DNA of 40,092 nucleotides, from positions 1 to 40,092 of the forward strand of contig CAZHVK010000011.1 in NCBI GenBank assembly GCA_964535955.1, read 5' to 3'. The DNA is from an uncultured Methanosarcinales archaeon. Its GTDB lineage: Archaea > Nanobdellota > Nanobdellia > Woesearchaeales > CAXGTL01. A program made the translations under genes and the position numbers. Position 1 is the first letter of the stretch. The number at the start of each line of letters is the position of its first letter. Shown piece by piece: positions 36,250 to 40,092 of the stretch. Below the pieces are notes generated by a model. The model did no database searches, was not told the origin of the DNA, and saw only the letters and a program-made list of their open reading frames with translations.

Positions 36250-36717
36250 ATGAAATTAACAATAGACAAACATTCTTTAGATGATTCTTATGAAGGGACA
36301 TTAGAATTAGAAGCTGCTATCTTTGCTTTTCAAGAAAAATCAGATGATTGCCATGATAAAGATTGCCAAGAATGTGGAAAACCCACATATCTTTTCTTTG
36401 TAGACACAACTGAATATGATAACCTTTGGAAAGAAACAACAAAAGACTTTAAACCAACTGAAGATTGGAGACCAAAATTAAAAACATTATATCAAAAAGA
36501 CCCAGGACTTGAACAAAGATTAAGTAAACAGGCAAAATATCTGGTCCCTGCTGAATTATTACAGATCTCTCATGATGAAGGCGGAGGACATGGAGATTTA
36601 AGATTAAGATATAAAGATGCTATTGTATTATTCTTTCCATTAAAAGAATTCGAATGGTTTAAAAGCGAATTTTCTAAGGATTGGGATGCATTATTATACA
36701 ATAAAGAGATGAATTAA
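36250..36717 (+). CDS. Hypothetical protein
   Basis: 155-aa ORF with a CH-x3-CQECG cluster. Confidence 0.65.
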   Translation: MKLTIDKHSLDDSYEGTLELEAAIFAFQEKSDDCHDKDCQECGKPTYLFFVDTTEYDNLWKETTKDFKPTEDWRPKLKTLYQKDPGLEQRLSKQAKYLVPAELLQISHDEGGGHGDLRLRYKDAIVLFFPLKEFEWFKSEFSKDWDALLYNKEMN

Positions 36718-36718
36718 T

Positions 36719-37252
36719 TTATTCTCCTTCAAATTCAACCAATGTAAATGTCTTATACCCTTTTTCTTGTAATTTCTTTCTGCCGCCAACTTCTGGTAAA
36801 TCAACTATAAATGCACATTCATGAACACTTCCACCTAATTTTTCTACCAATGCACAAGCAGCACCAGCTGTGCCCCCTGTGGCACACAAATCGTCAATTA
36901 TTAAAACATTATCACCTTGTTGAATAGCATCTTTGTGAACCTCTATTGTGTCTGTGCCATATTCTAATTCATATTCATATGATTCAACATCAGCTGGTAA
37001 TTTACCTTTTTTCCGCAAAAGGACTAAACCTTTACCTAACTGATGAGCCAAAGCACCACCCAATATAAATCCTCTTGATTCAATTGCAGCAATCTTATCA
37101 AAATTTTCACCAGAATATCTGTGGACTAAAAGATCAACAACTTTTCTCATTCCTTTTGCATCTTTAAGTAAAGTTGTAATATCTCTGAACATTATGCCTT
37201 GCTTTGGCCAGTTTGGTATTGTTCTTATTTTTGATTTGATTTCTTCAGTCAT
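36719..37252 (-). CDS. apt: Adenine phosphoribosyltransferase
   Basis: FRDITTLL, IESRGF, RKKGKLP, YELEYG, IIDDLCATGGT. Confidence 0.95.
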   Translation of the reverse strand: MTEEIKSKIRTIPNWPKQGIMFRDITTLLKDAKGMRKVVDLLVHRYSGENFDKIAAIESRGFILGGALAHQLGKGLVLLRKKGKLPADVESYEYELEYGTDTIEVHKDAIQQGDNVLIIDDLCATGGTAGAACALVEKLGGSVHECAFIVDLPEVGGRKKLQEKGYKTFTLVEFEGE

Positions 37253-37262
37253 TTATAACACC

Positions 37263-37472
37263 TCATACAACAATATGATCAATAACATCTTGTATCATCT
37301 CATCACTTAAAGCAGGTGTATCAGCAAATTCCAATAATCTATGCGGAGCAATACACTCCATCCTCTGATACATTCTAATCACATCTAAAGGACCATTTCC
37401 AAAAGAAAACACATTACTATATTCATCATCCATGTTCCCATATTCAACAATTTTTGAGTAAAAACTTTTCAT
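37263..37472 (-). CDS. Small hypothetical protein (paralog 2)
   Basis: 69 aa; GAGG SD; Y.RMECIA.HR.LEF.D motif shared with its neighbour. Confidence 0.75.
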   Translation of the reverse strand: MKSFYSKIVEYGNMDDEYSNVFSFGNGPLDVIRMYQRMECIAPHRLLEFADTPALSDEMIQDVIDHIVV

Positions 37473-37484
37473 TTTATATCCCTC

Positions 37485-37694
37485 CTATAATTCAATACAT
37501 TCTAACAATTCATTAATTATTTTATCATCCAAAGCAGTCTCTGGATCAACAAACTCTAAAATTCTATGAGCAGCAATACATTCCATTCTTTTATACAATG
37601 CGATTGTATCAGCAGGATTACCAAAAGGTAATACACCTCTAAGATCACTATCACACCTATCATACTCAACAACATCTGAAAAATAAGTTTTCAT
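37485..37694 (-). CDS. Small hypothetical protein (paralog 1)
   Basis: 69 aa from ATG 37694 after a GAGGTGA SD; aligns end to end with paralog 2. Confidence 0.75.
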   Translation of the reverse strand: MKTYFSDVVEYDRCDSDLRGVLPFGNPADTIALYKRMECIAAHRILEFVDPETALDDKIINELLECIEL

Positions 37695-37719
37695 TTTTAC
37701 ATCACCTCTAACATTTCTT

Positions 37720-38193
37720 TTATTCATCATAAAAAACTACTGAATGATCTAATATAGTTTTTCCGTCTTCAGCATAAGTAAAAGTTGCTTTAAACTTTTT
37801 TCCTTGAAGAACCCAAGGAAGGAAAATTCTATCTGATGTCCATGTTGGTCTGTCTAAGATTTTATCAGTATCAACCCATTCTAAGATTCCTTCTTTTGAT
37901 TCTTTCAAATCACCTTCATAACCTTTGAATACATAAACATAACAATAAAAATCTTCTTTTTCCCTTGCCATTTTTGGAAAAAGGATTTCTCCATGCAGAA
38001 TAGGATCTTTGACAATCAATCCTGATTCTTCAAAAACCTCTCTTATAGCACCTTCAATAGGTGTTTCCCCTTCTTGAATCTTACCACCAAGTCCATTCCA
38101 TTTAGCATTATACCTAGGATCAGCTTTTTTTTTAGAACAGATAAGCAAGGTCTTATTACTTTCCTGTACATAACATATTGTAGCTAATTTCAT
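37720..38193 (-). CDS. Nudix hydrolase (MutT/8-oxo-dGTPase-like)
   Basis: WNGLGGKIQEGETPIEGAIREVFEESGL Nudix box. Confidence 0.9.
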   Translation of the reverse strand: MKLATICYVQESNKTLLICSKKKADPRYNAKWNGLGGKIQEGETPIEGAIREVFEESGLIVKDPILHGEILFPKMAREKEDFYCYVYVFKGYEGDLKESKEGILEWVDTDKILDRPTWTSDRIFLPWVLQGKKFKATFTYAEDGKTILDHSVVFYDE

Positions 38194-38195
38194 TT

Positions 38196-38939
38196 TTACA
38201 TTGCCTCAATAACCTTTACCAACAATTTCTTAACATTTTCAGCATTTTGGTTAAATACTTTTAATATTTCTTCCCATGTAACAGGTGCTTCGTCACTTTT
38301 CCACGAATCGAAGTCAGTACTCATAGCTACAGCAGCATAAGGCAATCCAATCTCATTAGCAAGAATACACTCAGGTGCAACACTCATATTAATAACATCA
38401 GCACCCCAAGCTCTAAACATGTGAGACTCTGCTTTTGTTGAGAATCTAGGTCCTTCGATTGTAATGACTGTTCCTTTAGGATGATATTTTAAGTGAAGTT
38501 CTTTAGCACAACTTATCAATTTGTCCCTAAGTTCTTGGTGGAATGGAGTAGCCATTGGTGTGTGTTTAACTTCGCCTGGCTTAAATTCTTCATAAAAACT
38601 CAATTTACGAAGTCTAGTAAAATCAATAAACTGATCTAAAATAACTAAATCACCTCTACCGATTTCTTCACGCAAACTACCACAAGCAGTTGTAGCAAGG
38701 ATATGTGTGCAACCTTGATCCTTAAGAGCTTGAATATTGGCTCTGAAATTGACTTGTGTTGGAGGAATTGTGTGTTTTCTACCATGCCTTGCAATTAATA
38801 CTACATCTTTACCTTTTATTTGTCCAATTTTTAGATCAGAACTCGGCCTACCGAATGATGTTTCAACTTCAACACTTCTAGAATCTTCAAGAATATCAGG
38901 ATCATCAAGACCACTACCACCTATTATACCTATTTTCAT
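38196..38939 (-). CDS. mtnP: S-methyl-5'-thioadenosine phosphorylase
   Basis: IGIIGGSG, ARHGRKH, ACGSL, IEGPRFSTKAES, VINMS, STDFD. Confidence 0.93.
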   Translation of the reverse strand: MKIGIIGGSGLDDPDILEDSRSVEVETSFGRPSSDLKIGQIKGKDVVLIARHGRKHTIPPTQVNFRANIQALKDQGCTHILATTACGSLREEIGRGDLVILDQFIDFTRLRKLSFYEEFKPGEVKHTPMATPFHQELRDKLISCAKELHLKYHPKGTVITIEGPRFSTKAESHMFRAWGADVINMSVAPECILANEIGLPYAAVAMSTDFDSWKSDEAPVTWEEILKVFNQNAENVKKLLVKVIEAM

Positions 38940-39067
38940 TATTACACCCCTCAATATATCAAATGATTAAGAAATCATATATATAATTTTCTAATAAAGT
39001 ATATAATCCAGAATAATAATGCTTATATAGACAAAAATCAAAAAACAAACAAAAGAGGTGAAAAAAC

Positions 39068-40018
39068 ATGTACCCAGACCAAACAACATATGAAGAATTT
39101 ACACATGAAGATAATCTAAAAAAAGATTTCAAAAATTTCCCTTGTAACAATGAAATGTTCAAAATATCAGATAAAGCTCTTGAAAAAAAGAAAGACCTTA
39201 TCAAAAAAATGTTTAAACCAAGCCAAGTCCTAGAAATTATTAAAGAACATTTTGATTCATTAGGATTAGATGACTTTGTTTTCAAATATTCTCAACCAAT
39301 GCTTGAAAGTGGATTTTCAGCATATATTGTTAATAACAAAGGAGAAGTAATAAATGAGAACATAACTAACTTCCTCAACCACATACAACAAGGAAAACCA
39401 GGATTCACATTTCCATACAATTACGAAACAGATGTAACAATAACAAAAAACAATCAAGAAGCTATAATACCAATTAGCATCCACACACTAGAAGGCATAA
39501 TGAACAGACCTAGCAAAGTACTTAAAGAAGAAAAACCAACCAAAACAGGAATTATATCTGTATTTAAAATCTCAATGCAAAGAATATTATACATCTGTAC
39601 CAAAGAATTAGAAGACGCAGTAAGACTATATAATTCAATGAAAGAATTAAAACAAGTTAATACAATTGCAGGGCATAAAAAAGAGGAATTCTATAACTAT
39701 GAAATAGCCATCAATTTAAACAATTTCAAAGAAGTTGAGGAAATATCAAAATTACTATTAGATGAATTTAAAACAAATAAAATCATAAAATATGAAGTTG
39801 ATTATACAACAACTTTAGATGAATTAATCAAACAAAATATTTATGCAAAAGGAGAACTACCATTCTATGAAAAACCTTCACAAACAAGGTTAAGAAAATC
39901 ATACCAATTTGCAATGCTTGGTAGAGCAGGATCAAGATGGTATGAAAAAAACTATGCATCAAGGAAAAACATAGATCCAAATAAAAAAAGACCAACAGTA
40001 AACTTAGACTTTGCATAA
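39068..40018 (+). CDS. Hypothetical protein
   Basis: 316-aa ORF after a GAGGTGA SD; no motif recognised. Confidence 0.75.
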   Translation: MYPDQTTYEEFTHEDNLKKDFKNFPCNNEMFKISDKALEKKKDLIKKMFKPSQVLEIIKEHFDSLGLDDFVFKYSQPMLESGFSAYIVNNKGEVINENITNFLNHIQQGKPGFTFPYNYETDVTITKNNQEAIIPISIHTLEGIMNRPSKVLKEEKPTKTGIISVFKISMQRILYICTKELEDAVRLYNSMKELKQVNTIAGHKKEEFYNYEIAINLNNFKEVEEISKLLLDEFKTNKIIKYEVDYTTTLDELIKQNIYAKGELPFYEKPSQTRLRKSYQFAMLGRAGSRWYEKNYASRKNIDPNKKRPTVNLDFA

Positions 40019-40092
40019 TATAAAACAATTAATATTAAGAGAATTAAACCCTTAACTTAACAAACTAAAGAGGTGAAACAAATGCTAAAACA

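Noticed and set aside
1332..40028. Numerous short antisense or alternate-frame ORFs in the track (e.g. 1848-2312, 4932-5321, 20334-20819, 25752-26102, 38959-39285)
   Set aside because: They overlap well-supported genes on the other strand or frame and have no recognisable motifs.

Overview
AT-rich archaeal chromosome segment. Ribosomal uL16/L10e, TFE-alpha, Nog1, HemK2, class III signal-peptide pilins, GGTGA-type Shine-Dalgarno sites and TATA boxes indicate an archaeon; a DPANN lineage such as Woesearchaeota is my inference. It carries housekeeping genes (iscS-iscU, tRNA-Cys with two introns, RsmB/NOP2, TatD, mtnP-nudix-apt purine salvage, two antiporters), four pilin-like genes, one giant repeat-rich surface protein split by a 100-N gap, and many toxin-antitoxin-like modules (two MNT-HEPN pairs, an AbrB-NTase fusion, another NTase pair, Fic, AbrB). 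The most unusual signal is non-coding. (1) Four copies of a ~113-bp structured element have divergent sequence but covarying stems around a nearly invariant core; one copy is flanked by an 8-9 bp direct repeat. (2) Four copies of a ~55-bp double-hairpin element occur, one nested inside an element of type 1. (3) Six copies of a repeat with a G-rich, G-quadruplex-like core (core missing in one copy). (4) A 124-bp MITE-like element has 8-bp direct repeats. (5) A recurrent GA-NN-GAA-N'N'-GA hairpin module appears to link several of these. No transposase is encoded in the window. All protein calls come from motif recognition by eye, not database searches.
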